Positions 36,190-44,912 of a stretch of DNA of 47,649 bases are shown in pieces. Below the pieces are notes generated by a model, which saw only the letters and a program-made list of their open reading frames with translations, did not search any database and had not been told where the DNA came from. The translations under genes and the position numbers were made by a program. Source of the DNA: a virus (taxonomy: Duplodnaviria > Caudoviricetes); the IMG/VR virus record IMGVR_UViG_3300012943_000041, positions 1-47,649 of that record; one strand, written 5' to 3'. The stretch's first letter is position 1; each line of letters begins with the position of its first letter.

Positions 36190-36450
36190 TTATGCCTGTG
36201 ATTGGCTTTCACGCTTCGATGCGAATCGCGCGGCCGCGAGCGAGATGCGCAGATCCGAGATCTCGGAGGAGAGCTTGGCGGAATCGCGCAAGGCCAATGC
36301 CCACGCCGCCCAAGCCAACGAGATTGCCAGCAGGGCCAACACCATTGCGACTATGGCCATGATAATCGCTGTCGTCGCCATCGCCATCTCGATCGTCACC
36401 GCGCTCACCTCCAACCGATAGCGCCAGCCCTCCGCTGACGCGCCGGTCAT
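36190..36450 (-). CDS. Small membrane protein
   Basis: Long hydrophobic helix; start uncertain. Confidence 0.35.
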   Translation of the reverse strand: MTGASAEGWRYRLEVSAVTIEMAMATTAIIMAIVAMVLALLAISLAWAAWALALRDSAKLSSEISDLRISLAAARFASKRESQSQA

Positions 36451-36480
36451 AGCACGGCGATTCGCGAGTTTGCGAAGAAA

Positions 36481-36533
36481 ATTGCGTTACACGTAATTTC
36501 CATTTGACACGATAATTGCGTATTGCGTAATAT
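36481..36533 (+). promoter_or_regulatory. PL-like sigma70 promoter with two operators
   Basis: TTGACA(36504)-N18-TAATAT; ATTGCG-N5-CGTAAT at 36481 and 36515. Confidence 0.85.
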
Positions 36534-36569
36534 ACGCTCCATCAGCCGCTCAAGGCGATGGAGACCACG

Positions 36570-36845
36570 ATGCGCCACGCGCCCCGATCCGATTTCGATT
36601 GCTACGCCGCCCCGGCCCCGATCCCGGCGCCGCCCATCGGCCGCTGGATCAAGCACGACGGCTCTGCAATGCCGGTCGACGGCGGCGTCAAGATCATCCC
36701 GCAATTCCGCGGCGAGAGCCCGCTTGAAGCTGAGCGCGAGGCTCGCGGTCTCGGCTCCCCGGCTTGGGGCTTCGCGGAGTTCTGGACCCATACCAACGGG
36801 CCCGAGGACATCGTCGGCTATCTGGTGACGGAGCCGCGGTCATGA
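36570..36845 (+). CDS. Small phage protein
   Basis: GGAG SD; WIKHDG...P...WTH...DIVGY. Confidence 0.65.
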   Translation: MRHAPRSDFDCYAAPAPIPAPPIGRWIKHDGSAMPVDGGVKIIPQFRGESPLEAEREARGLGSPAWGFAEFWTHTNGPEDIVGYLVTEPRS

Positions 36846-37057
36846 GCGCGCTCCACCCCTTCAACGCGAGCCCCGAGGCGATTGCCCGGATCATGGAGCT
36901 TCCGCGCGTGACAGCGATGCCGGTGCGCCTGAACCCCGCACTGTGGCCGCCATGCCACTCCTGCAAGCTCGATGTGAACAACTGCGAGTGCGATTCCGAG
37001 GCCGTTTACGCCGCGATCGACGCTCGTTCCAACAACACCCACGAGGGAGACGAGTGA
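36842..37057 (+). CDS. Small Cys-containing protein
   Basis: Coupled ORF; CHSC...CEC. Confidence 0.55.
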   Translation: MSALHPFNASPEAIARIMELPRVTAMPVRLNPALWPPCHSCKLDVNNCECDSEAVYAAIDARSNNTHEGDE

Positions 37058-37689
37058 TGGCGGAATCTGTGACCCGCAACATAACCGAACAAGATGGCTG
37101 GCTGATCGACGAGCGCAACAATCGCTCCGAAATCGCCTATTTCGGATCTCGCGAAGCTGCCGAAAAGGCGCTGCTGTCGCTGGTTGATTGCGATAATTGC
37201 ATCAACTGCTCGTACTGCTCGGACTGCTCGGACTGCTCGGGCTGCTCGTACTGCTCGGACTGCTCGCGCTGCTCGGACTGCTCGGGCTGCTCGTACTGCT
37301 CGGGCTGCTCGGGCTGCTCGTACTGCTCGGACTGCTCGCGCTTAGTCGGCGAGCAAAAAGCCGCGGTGATCGAAATTCCCGCGATCCCGAACATCCACCA
37401 GACCGTTTACGCGGCTGTCACGCAACCTGGCGCCTTCGATATGGACCGATGGGGCGGTTATTGCGACACGACACGCTGCCGTGGCGGTTGGGTATGTTCG
37501 CTCGCGGGCGACGCCGGCAAGGCGCTTGAGGCCCGGTTCAACACCGAACTCGCAGCCATGCTGATCTATCGTGAAAGCGGATTCCAAATCAATCCGTGCC
37601 GCTTCTACGACAGCGACAGCGACGCGCTGGCCGACATGAAGCGGCTTGCCGAGGCCGAAGCTGCGGCAAGCGCCGTCGAGCCCGCGTGA
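37057..37689 (+). CDS. Cys-tripeptide-repeat protein
   Basis: 17 consecutive C-x-x units, then a FDMDRW..CDTTRCRGGW domain. Confidence 0.75.
   Translation: MAESVTRNITEQDGWLIDERNNRSEIAYFGSREAAEKALLSLVDCDNCINCSYCSDCSDCSGCSYCSDCSRCSDCSGCSYCSGCSGCSYCSDCSRLVGEQKAAVIEIPAIPNIHQTVYAAVTQPGAFDMDRWGGYCDTTRCRGGWVCSLAGDAGKALEARFNTELAAMLIYRESGFQINPCRFYDSDSDALADMKRLAEAEAAASAVEPA
37207..37341 (+). repeat. 15 x 9-bp tandem repeat TGCTCGNNC
   Basis: Directly visible; encodes CS[Y/D/G/R]. Confidence 0.95.
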
Positions 37690-37925
37690 CCCGCCCCCTC
37701 TTCACCCGACGCGCCACGGAGGCAAGGATGAACTTCCAGATCCACAACCTCAATCACGAGGTCCGTCACTATCGCGAGGACCGGCTTCGTCCGCTCCCGA
37801 TCGCGAATTGGGAGCCGCTGGACAGGCGCGTCATGTCGGTTCGCGACGTGCTGCTGTCGTTCCTGGCTTACGGGATTCCCGGCGTGCTGGTGGTCGCGGT
37901 GGCCTGGACGGTGTTGCCGGCATGA
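37686..37925 (+). CDS. Small membrane protein
   Basis: Coupled ORF; C-terminal TM helix. Confidence 0.5.
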   Translation: MTRPLFTRRATEARMNFQIHNLNHEVRHYREDRLRPLPIANWEPLDRRVMSVRDVLLSFLAYGIPGVLVVAVAWTVLPA

Positions 37926-38104
37926 TCCGCCGAATCCTCTTCAATGCCTCAGCGATCTCGTCGGCGGCGTTTGGCACACTGCTCTATGTGCAGCACATCG
38001 TTAGCCGCTTGGCCGAGGGCTCGCCGGTCTGGTGGCAGGTCGGCTTCGGCGGAAGCGCAGCCATCGTGCATTGTGTCATGATCTGGCGGGGGAGGTTCAA
38101 GTGA
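37922..38104 (+). CDS. Small membrane protein
   Basis: Coupled ORF; two hydrophobic segments. Confidence 0.45.
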   Translation: MIRRILFNASAISSAAFGTLLYVQHIVSRLAEGSPVWWQVGFGGSAAIVHCVMIWRGRFK

Positions 38105-38334
38105 CCATCCCCCACTCCTGCCCGGAATGCGGCGGTCCGTCGCCCGAATGGCTGACGTTCTGCGCCACCTGCGCCCCGCTCTACGCCGAAACCCCTTCCG
38201 CCGCCGTCTCGCAAAACTGCCCCCCATACGCACGCGAGACGGATATTGCCGCCACGGACGCCATCTCTCCGGCGTCAGAGCCCCGCGACCGGCCTGACGT
38301 GGCCGAGCCGGTCGCTACCGGAGGCGCAGCATGA
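38101..38334 (+). CDS. Small Zn-finger protein
   Basis: CPEC...CATC. Confidence 0.45.
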   Translation: MTIPHSCPECGGPSPEWLTFCATCAPLYAETPSAAVSQNCPPYARETDIAATDAISPASEPRDRPDVAEPVATGGAA

Positions 38335-38729
38335 GCCGCGCCGTCATGGATTACAGCGCCGCGCGCGTTGCCCCGACGGTCGAGGCTTTCGATCCGGATC
38401 GGGAGGCGGATGCGCCTGTGGCTGGGTTTTACCGGGCGAAACTCAATGCCCGCGGCGTCGCGGTCGGAATCCGCATCTGGTTCGGCCAACCCCTCGATCC
38501 GGTCACGGGCGAGGAACTGGACCGGTCGCTGCGCTGGCAGGCTCAGTGCAACGGGCGGCCGATCGAGATGGATCGCGTCTGGCCCCAGTGCGGCCGTCAA
38601 CCGATCGACGCCGACGAATATGCCTACCTGTCGCGGCTTCAGGACTGGGGCGAGCAGCACGCACCGTCCAGCCCCGAGGCTGACCCCCGCAAGCCCATCA
38701 ACTGGCTCACCGCGCCGCTTGGCATCTGA
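38331..38729 (+). CDS. Hypothetical phage protein
   Basis: GGAGG SD; GFYR...DPVTGEELDRS. Confidence 0.7.
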   Translation: MSRAVMDYSAARVAPTVEAFDPDREADAPVAGFYRAKLNARGVAVGIRIWFGQPLDPVTGEELDRSLRWQAQCNGRPIEMDRVWPQCGRQPIDADEYAYLSRLQDWGEQHAPSSPEADPRKPINWLTAPLGI

Positions 38730-38747
38730 TCACGAAGGAGTCCCGTC

Positions 38748-38996
38748 ATGTTCATCGCTTGCACGTTCCGCCCGCATGATGCGCGGACCTACACTTACAC
38801 CTATGACGGCACCGAGCCGCTCGCCGTGGGTGATGTCGTCCTGGTCGCCGGCCGCAATGGCGAGGGAACGAAGCGGGTCCACGTCGCCGAGGTCGGCGTC
38901 GCCGCGCCCGCTTTCGACTGCAAGCCGATCCTTGAGAAGGTCGTGCCCGAGCTGGTCGATCCGGTGATGTTTCCTGCCGGGGCAGCCGAGCAGTGA
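38748..38996 (+). CDS. Hypothetical phage protein
   Basis: AAGGAG SD; YTY...LAVGDVV. Confidence 0.7.
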   Translation: MFIACTFRPHDARTYTYTYDGTEPLAVGDVVLVAGRNGEGTKRVHVAEVGVAAPAFDCKPILEKVVPELVDPVMFPAGAAEQ

Positions 38997-39340
38997 GCAC
39001 GAACCCGCCCGCCTTTCCGCTGCACCCCGGCATCAATCCTGATTGGAGTGGGTCCACCGGGATGACGCTCCGCGACTGGTTGGCTGGGCAGGCTCTGACC
39101 GGGCTGCTTGCCGGGAATTATCGGCATAGCTCGCAGCACAACCTGAGCGAGGTTCCAAGCGAGGCATTCCGGATTGCCGACGCCATGCTCGTGGCACGCG
39201 ACGACATCGTTGAACCGGAAAGCCCGCCGCCCGCTCCGACGGTGACCGGAGCGCTTTACGACACCCGCGACCCCGAATGCTCAAGTTGCAAACCGGCCGA
39301 CGGCCCGAAGGCCTGTCCCGGTTGCTGGATCCCTTTCTGA
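38993..39340 (+). CDS. Conserved phage protein (GMTLRDW family)
   Basis: PAFP...GMTLRDWLAGQAL...IADAML. Confidence 0.7.
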   Translation: MSTNPPAFPLHPGINPDWSGSTGMTLRDWLAGQALTGLLAGNYRHSSQHNLSEVPSEAFRIADAMLVARDDIVEPESPPPAPTVTGALYDTRDPECSSCKPADGPKACPGCWIPF

Positions 39341-39367
39341 CCCACTTCTGACCCGGAGAAAATCACC

Positions 39368-40222
39368 ATGAACGCACACGTTGCGCCCGCATCGCTGGGC
39401 CATAACAATCCCCCGCTCGAAGAAACCATCGTCATGGAATTCGACGCGAACCTGCGCGAGCATGACTTCGACCTGATCGCGCGCATCGCCGAGATCGAGG
39501 CGAAGGCTGCGGCGGCGGGCCCGTGCTACGATGCCGAGACGGCGGGACGCTACGGTGATGCCGTCAAGGCTGCGGTCGCCGCCATCCGCCTGATCGATAG
39601 CGAGCGCGAGACACTCAACCGGCCGATCCTCAATGCGCAGCGCGCGCTGATGGGGAAGGCCAAGACCTATTCGGAACGGCTTTCGGTCGCCGAAAAGCGC
39701 ATCCGTGGCCATCTCGACGCCTACGCCGAGCGCGAGAGGCAGAAGCGGATCGCCGAGGAGCGTGAGCGCCAACGGATCATCGACGAAGCCAACGCCAAGG
39801 CGGCGCGCGAAGCCGAGGAGGAGCGCCAGCGGCAGCAGGCTATCGCTGATGCCGCGGCAGCGAAGGAGCGCGCCCGGTTGCAGGCGATCGAGGACGAGCG
39901 GGCCGCGGCGGAAGCGCGCGAGGCCAATGCCGTCGAGGTCGTCGCCGAAGTCGTCCACGTCGAGGCCGCGCCCGTCATCGAGACGCCCCGCGCACCGGTC
40001 TACGAGCCGGTCCGCAGCGATCGCGGTGTCCTCGTTGCCGAAACCGAGACGTGGCACGTCGAGATCGAGAACATCCGCCAGGTGCCGGATCTCTACCTGA
40101 AGAATCCCGCCGTCATCGAGACGCTGCGCAAGGTCATCGCGCCGTCGGTACGCGGAAAGACCGGCCTGCGCGACATCAAGGGTTGCCGCATCTTCTCCTC
40201 CACGAAGGCGTCGGTGCGGTGA
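39368..40222 (+). CDS. Coiled-coil protein of the recombination module
   Basis: GHNNPP start, E/A/R-rich coil, IKGCRIF end. Confidence 0.7.
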   Translation: MNAHVAPASLGHNNPPLEETIVMEFDANLREHDFDLIARIAEIEAKAAAAGPCYDAETAGRYGDAVKAAVAAIRLIDSERETLNRPILNAQRALMGKAKTYSERLSVAEKRIRGHLDAYAERERQKRIAEERERQRIIDEANAKAAREAEEERQRQQAIADAAAAKERARLQAIEDERAAAEAREANAVEVVAEVVHVEAAPVIETPRAPVYEPVRSDRGVLVAETETWHVEIENIRQVPDLYLKNPAVIETLRKVIAPSVRGKTGLRDIKGCRIFSSTKASVR

Positions 40223-40500
40223 TGTTCAAGAGCCGCCCCTACGATCCACAGCGTGCCGATAAACGGTCGCCTGCGCAGAGGGCGGCCAACAATCGCAGCT
40301 TCCAGATTTTCCAACTGCGCGGGCTGTGGGCCCTCTGCGGCCGGGTGAGCGAGCCGCGCCGGTCGCTGATCCGCCAACTCATCGACGATGACATTCGGGC
40401 GCTTGGCGCTGAGCCCGAAGGTGACCGGCAGAAAGAGCGCCGCATCCAGGATGAAACCGCGTGGGCCTTGCTCGGCGCGAGCAGATTCAACGACATCTAA
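40222..40500 (+). CDS. Hypothetical protein
   Basis: Coupled ORF MFKSRPYD... Confidence 0.55.
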   Translation: MFKSRPYDPQRADKRSPAQRAANNRSFQIFQLRGLWALCGRVSEPRRSLIRQLIDDDIRALGAEPEGDRQKERRIQDETAWALLGASRFNDI

Positions 40501-40513
40501 CAAAGGAAATATC

Positions 40514-41506
40514 ATGGCCTCCCAAGCACAAGAACCCGTCCCCGAAGTGATCGCCGTCGAGATGGCGAAGGATCGCGAACTGCGCCGCCAGGAGCGTCAG
40601 GCGCTCACCGCGATCCCGGCCGCCGATCTGGCGGCCTCACCCGCACGGATGTCGTTCCTGCCGCAGAGCATGGGCGAGGCGATGCAACTTGCGACCATCA
40701 TGGCGCGCAGCACCTTCGTCCCGCAGCATTGCCGGGGCAGTGAGGGCAACTGCCTCGCGATCATCATGCAGGCGGCGCGCTGGGGCATGGACCCGTTTGC
40801 GGTCGCCAATAAGGCCTATTTCACCAAGGACGGCGCTCCACCCGCCTTCGAATCGCAGCTTGTGAATGCCGTGGTCAATAGCTCTGGCGCGCTCTCGGGC
40901 CGGCTCCGGGTGGCCTTCGAGGGCGAGGGTGAAAAGCTGCGCTGCACCGTCCGCGGCTTCCTGCGCGCAGATCCGAACGACGAAAAGGTCAAGACGCAGT
41001 CGATCGCCCGGATAACGGTGCGCAATTCGCCGCTGTGGAAGTCCGATCCGGAGCAGCAGCTTGGCTATTACACGACGCGCGCCTGGGCGCGGCTGCACTG
41101 CCCCGAAGTCCTGCTTGGCGTCTTCACACCCGATGAGATGGAAATCGAGCCGGAGCGGGCGCGCGTGGTTTCGCCCGCGCTTCCTCGACGCGATGACCGG
41201 CTGTCGCGGGGAGATGTATACGACTCCGAAACCGGCGAAATCTTCGACAGTGCCGCCGAAGGTCCAGCCGACGAACAGCGCGGCGAGGCGCAATATGATG
41301 CGCAGACCGGGCAGGAGATCGACCCGCGCGACGCGATCGCCGCCGAGATCGTCGAAGCCTTCAAGGCCGCCGGCACGATCATCGACCTCAACAGCGCCAA
41401 GGCTCTGCATCAGGACAGCATCGACGCGCTGCCGGATGACATGGCCGGTGTCGTGAACAAGGCGTTTCGTGACGCCGAGGCGCGGCTGAAGGGCGGTGCG
41501 AAGTGA
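40514..41506 (+). CDS. recT: RecT-like single-strand annealing protein
   Basis: QAARWGMDPFAVA...NSPLWKSDPEQQLGY...RAWARLHCPEVLLGV. Confidence 0.8.
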   Translation: MASQAQEPVPEVIAVEMAKDRELRRQERQALTAIPAADLAASPARMSFLPQSMGEAMQLATIMARSTFVPQHCRGSEGNCLAIIMQAARWGMDPFAVANKAYFTKDGAPPAFESQLVNAVVNSSGALSGRLRVAFEGEGEKLRCTVRGFLRADPNDEKVKTQSIARITVRNSPLWKSDPEQQLGYYTTRAWARLHCPEVLLGVFTPDEMEIEPERARVVSPALPRRDDRLSRGDVYDSETGEIFDSAAEGPADEQRGEAQYDAQTGQEIDPRDAIAAEIVEAFKAAGTIIDLNSAKALHQDSIDALPDDMAGVVNKAFRDAEARLKGGAK

Positions 41507-41850
41507 GCCGCGTCCCTGAAATCGAAGCGGCTGCCGAACTGGCGCGCAACTTCAACGATGGCGTGAAAGGCTTCGCCAACGACGGGCTGAAGAACCACTA
41601 TCGCTGCCCGTCCTGCCGCTATCAGTTCGTTACGATCGATCGCGAGCCCGGCGTCACGCCGTTCATGACCGACTGCGCCAATTGCGGAGGGGCGGCGCAA
41701 AGCTCGGGCTACCGCAACGTGCCCGCCCACATCGCGGTGACGCACGAATGGTATCGCCCCGACAGCTTCGACGGGCTGCATCCTGGCACCGTCGAACACA
41801 TCAAAAATGGCGGCCTCATCCTCCGCAAGATCGAAAGGGCACCGCAATGA
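41503..41850 (+). CDS. Zn-finger hypothetical protein
   Basis: CPSC...GVTPFM.DCANC...HEWYRP. Confidence 0.65.
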   Translation: MSRVPEIEAAAELARNFNDGVKGFANDGLKNHYRCPSCRYQFVTIDREPGVTPFMTDCANCGGAAQSSGYRNVPAHIAVTHEWYRPDSFDGLHPGTVEHIKNGGLILRKIERAPQ

Positions 41851-42764
41851 CAGCGCCCGACCGCTTCCCGGGCCTTGCCGAACTCGCCGCGACCCATTCG
41901 ATCCGCGCGCTGACGAAGCACTATGGCTCCTGCAACAAGCGCATATCGCGCGAATTGAAGGCGCGCGGGATCACGCCGACGATCGGGCCCCGCCGGGCCG
42001 AGATCCCCAACCTTGCCGAACTGGCGCGCGAATTTAGCGTCGTCGAGATTGCGGAGCGGACCGGGGTCCACGTCCGGACGATCCGCCGCCAGTTCCGCAA
42101 GGAGGGCATCCCGTTCCCGCCTTACCGTCGCGGCGGGAAGGTGTCGGCGAATGCCCGGCCGATCCAGCACCGGCGCAATGACATCGCCCCCATGCCGGAA
42201 GGGTTCGCGACGCGCGCCGCCGGCAAGACGATTAATGCCGTCGCGATCGAGATCCGGCGCCATCACGGCACGGTGCGGCGCTGGTTCGACGAGGCCGGGA
42301 TAACGCCGGCTGTGTACCAGCAAGGGCTCAAGCCCTGCCCCGACGATTTCGAGGTTCATGCGTGGACCGAGACGAATATCCTGCTCGCCGAGCGCTACGG
42401 CTGTAGCGACACGCTGATCACGCGCTGGCGGCGGCTGAAAGGCATCCCGTCGCCGAAGTACCAGAATCCGCCGAAGCGTCCGCGCGTCGGTGCGGCCAAG
42501 GTCGCTGCCGCACCGTATTTCGTCATCCGGCCGCAGTTTCGCGGGGCCGAAAGCCATCGCGACACGACGATCGCCGGGCGCGCCGCCGACTATCTGCGCT
42601 CGCCGCCCGGTGGCGGATGGCTGGTTCACCGCTGCGACAAGATCGGGGTGGCCGATCCGAAGGGCGACTATTTCCGCGTCGGCACCGCGCTCAAGACCGA
42701 GGATGCGTTGCTTCAAATGGCCGACAAAAAAGGCTTCCGCGACTTCGAACGGAAATTTGCGTGA
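41847..42764 (+). CDS. Tandem four-HTH DNA-binding protein
   Basis: Four ~40-aa HTH-like units each ending in GI. Confidence 0.65.
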   Translation: MTAPDRFPGLAELAATHSIRALTKHYGSCNKRISRELKARGITPTIGPRRAEIPNLAELAREFSVVEIAERTGVHVRTIRRQFRKEGIPFPPYRRGGKVSANARPIQHRRNDIAPMPEGFATRAAGKTINAVAIEIRRHHGTVRRWFDEAGITPAVYQQGLKPCPDDFEVHAWTETNILLAERYGCSDTLITRWRRLKGIPSPKYQNPPKRPRVGAAKVAAAPYFVIRPQFRGAESHRDTTIAGRAADYLRSPPGGGWLVHRCDKIGVADPKGDYFRVGTALKTEDALLQMADKKGFRDFERKFA

Positions 42765-42976
42765 GCAAGGGTCGCGGCCCCGCCACCACCGGCTCGCGCT
42801 ACGCGGATAACCGGCCCCGAATCTATCTCCGGCCCGCCGACAAGGGCGCCGTGACGTGGAGCCTGTCGCCCAACGGACTGGGCACGCCGACGCCGAGCAT
42901 TTCCGCCGCGATCATCAACGCGCTCGTCGCTGTCGACCATGCGCCGGCGGTGATCTTCTGGGAGCCCCAACCTTGA
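42761..42976 (+). CDS. Small hypothetical protein
   Basis: Coupled ORF. Confidence 0.45.
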   Translation: MSKGRGPATTGSRYADNRPRIYLRPADKGAVTWSLSPNGLGTPTPSISAAIINALVAVDHAPAVIFWEPQP

Positions 42977-43281
42977 CCGACCTCCCCACCCTCGCCCTCG
43001 CATGGGTCCGCGACCCGGCCTATGTCGAGATGACCGCGCGCCAGATCGCGCTCCTCGGGCTGATCACGCAAAGCGGCCCGCAAGGCTTCTGGCGTGTCCG
43101 CGAACTGGCCCCGGCGATCGGCGCGTCGAAGCCGGTCATCACCCGCGCCCTCAATGCCTTTGAGGTCATGGGCCTGGCGGAGCGTGTGCGCGATCCCGAC
43201 GACCGGCGCTCCATCAACATCGTGCCCACCGAAGCGGCCTTCGTGCTGCGTGAGGCTTTGCGGGAGATTGGAAATGGCTGA
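42973..43281 (+). CDS. MarR-family wHTH regulator
   Basis: SKPVITRAL...DPDDRRS. Confidence 0.8.
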   Translation: MTDLPTLALAWVRDPAYVEMTARQIALLGLITQSGPQGFWRVRELAPAIGASKPVITRALNAFEVMGLAERVRDPDDRRSINIVPTEAAFVLREALREIGNG

Positions 43282-44338
43282 GAACACGAAAATCGAATGG
43301 GCGACCCATACGTTTAATCCGTGGGAAGGCTGCCAGAAGGTCGGGCCCGGCTGCGACCACTGTTACGCGGAGACGCGGAATGCGCGCTTTGGCGGTGGAA
43401 CTGCAATCAATTGGGGGCCAGGTGCACCGCGACGGCGCACGTCAGCAGCCAATTGGCGGAAACCCCGCAAGTGGAATGCGGAAGCCCCGCAAGAATCTTG
43501 CGGACGTCCCCGCGTTTTTTGCGCGTCGCTGGCCGATTGGGCTGACAATGCGGTGCTGGACGAGTGGCGTGCTGACCTGGCGGCGCTGATCCGCGAGACG
43601 CCGAAACTCGACTGGCTGCTGCTGACGAAGCGGATCGGAAATGCCGAGGCGATGCTGGGGGCAATGTTCCCAGAGGGCGTGCCCGGCAACTTGTGGCTGG
43701 GCATCACGGTCGTCAGTCAGGCGGAGGCCGATCGCGACATCCCGAAGCTGCTCCGCACCCACGGCCCGCGCTTTCGATTCCTGTCGATCGAACCGATGCT
43801 CGGGCCAATCGACTTGACGTCCATTAAGGCGCCGCGCGAACCCGACGAGCCCGCTGATAGCATCGATCTCGATTGGCGTTTCGACTGCCTCGCGGTCGGC
43901 GACTATTACTGGTTTGATGGCGAGGATGGCCAGCCCGGCGACAGCGGCGACGGCCCATATCGCGAAACTCGCATCGATTGGGTGATTGCCGGCGGCGAGA
44001 GCGGCGCCGAAGCCCGCCCGGTCCATCCCGATTGGATACGTTCGCTTCGCGACCAGTGCACGGGCGCCTCAATCCATGGCGACGATGCTCCGGTCCCGTT
44101 CCTGTTCAAGCAGTGGGGCGAATGGCTTTCAGGCACGCAATACAACGCTGAGTGCTTGGCGGCCGATCCCAGCCTCGAACAGTCGCGCTTCGATTGCATG
44201 GATTGGGACGAAGATCGGTTCGTCGAATCGGGCGGCGGTTGGACGGATGATCTCGACGAGAACGCCGTCTTCCGCGTCGGCAAGAAGCGCGCCGGTCGCC
44301 TCCTCGATGGCGTCCAGCATGATGGGATGCCGGCATGA
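43274..44338 (+). CDS. Phage Gp37/Gp68 (DUF5131) protein
   Basis: TKIEW...FNPWEGCQKVGPGCDHCYA, LLTKR, WVIAGGESG, FKQWGEW. Confidence 0.9.
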   Translation: MAENTKIEWATHTFNPWEGCQKVGPGCDHCYAETRNARFGGGTAINWGPGAPRRRTSAANWRKPRKWNAEAPQESCGRPRVFCASLADWADNAVLDEWRADLAALIRETPKLDWLLLTKRIGNAEAMLGAMFPEGVPGNLWLGITVVSQAEADRDIPKLLRTHGPRFRFLSIEPMLGPIDLTSIKAPREPDEPADSIDLDWRFDCLAVGDYYWFDGEDGQPGDSGDGPYRETRIDWVIAGGESGAEARPVHPDWIRSLRDQCTGASIHGDDAPVPFLFKQWGEWLSGTQYNAECLAADPSLEQSRFDCMDWDEDRFVESGGGWTDDLDENAVFRVGKKRAGRLLDGVQHDGMPA

Positions 44339-44544
44339 CCGACCGCCCCAAGCGTACCTGCCGCCGCCGCACCTTCGCGATGATCCGCGATGAGGAGCGC
44401 CGCACCCATTCCAAATTCATCGACGGCCTGGCCGATCGATACGAGGCCGACAACCGCAAGGATCTCGCCGCCGGCCTGCGCGCGGTGTCGGGGAGCATCC
44501 TCACGGGGCTGGCGGCGCCGGAAACGAAGGAGACAGTGGCGTGA
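44335..44544 (+). CDS. Small hypothetical protein
   Basis: Coupled ORF. Confidence 0.5.
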   Translation: MTDRPKRTCRRRTFAMIRDEERRTHSKFIDGLADRYEADNRKDLAAGLRAVSGSILTGLAAPETKETVA

Positions 44545-44912
44545 CGTCAGTCGTATCGATCGGCGATCTCCCCGGCCGCGAACCGCCGCCCGAGCTCATC
44601 GTTGACCTCGACCGCAAGATTACGTCAGCATTGGCCAAGGGGAAGGGAATCGGCCTCAATCCCGACCAGCTGGACGCGCTCGCGTCCCTCGGGGTCGTGG
44701 AGATCATCGCAGCCGCGAAGGCCAACATCCTGAAGGAACAGGCGAGATGTCGACAGACAAGGGGGGTGTCTATCAAAGGGGCGGGTTCTGGCTCGACCTC
44801 GCCCGGGGCGCCGGCGGGGAGCCAGCCAGCGACCGGTGGTACATCTGGTGGTACGATCGATCCCTCGGCCGCCAAAAGCGCAAGAGCACGGGCACAAGCG
44901 ATGTTCGCCTAG
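44541..44912 (+). CDS. Possible excisionase/directionality factor overlapping int
   Basis: AAGGAG SD; 166-nt overlap with the integrase 5' end. Confidence 0.4.
   Translation: MTSVVSIGDLPGREPPPELIVDLDRKITSALAKGKGIGLNPDQLDALASLGVVEIIAAAKANILKEQARCRQTRGVSIKGAGSGSTSPGAPAGSQPATGGTSGGTIDPSAAKSARARAQAMFA

Noticed and set aside
37137-37529. CRISPR array, or Leu-rich and EQ-repeat ORFs
   Set aside because: The 9-bp coding repeat has no spacers; the other-frame ORFs are by-products of it
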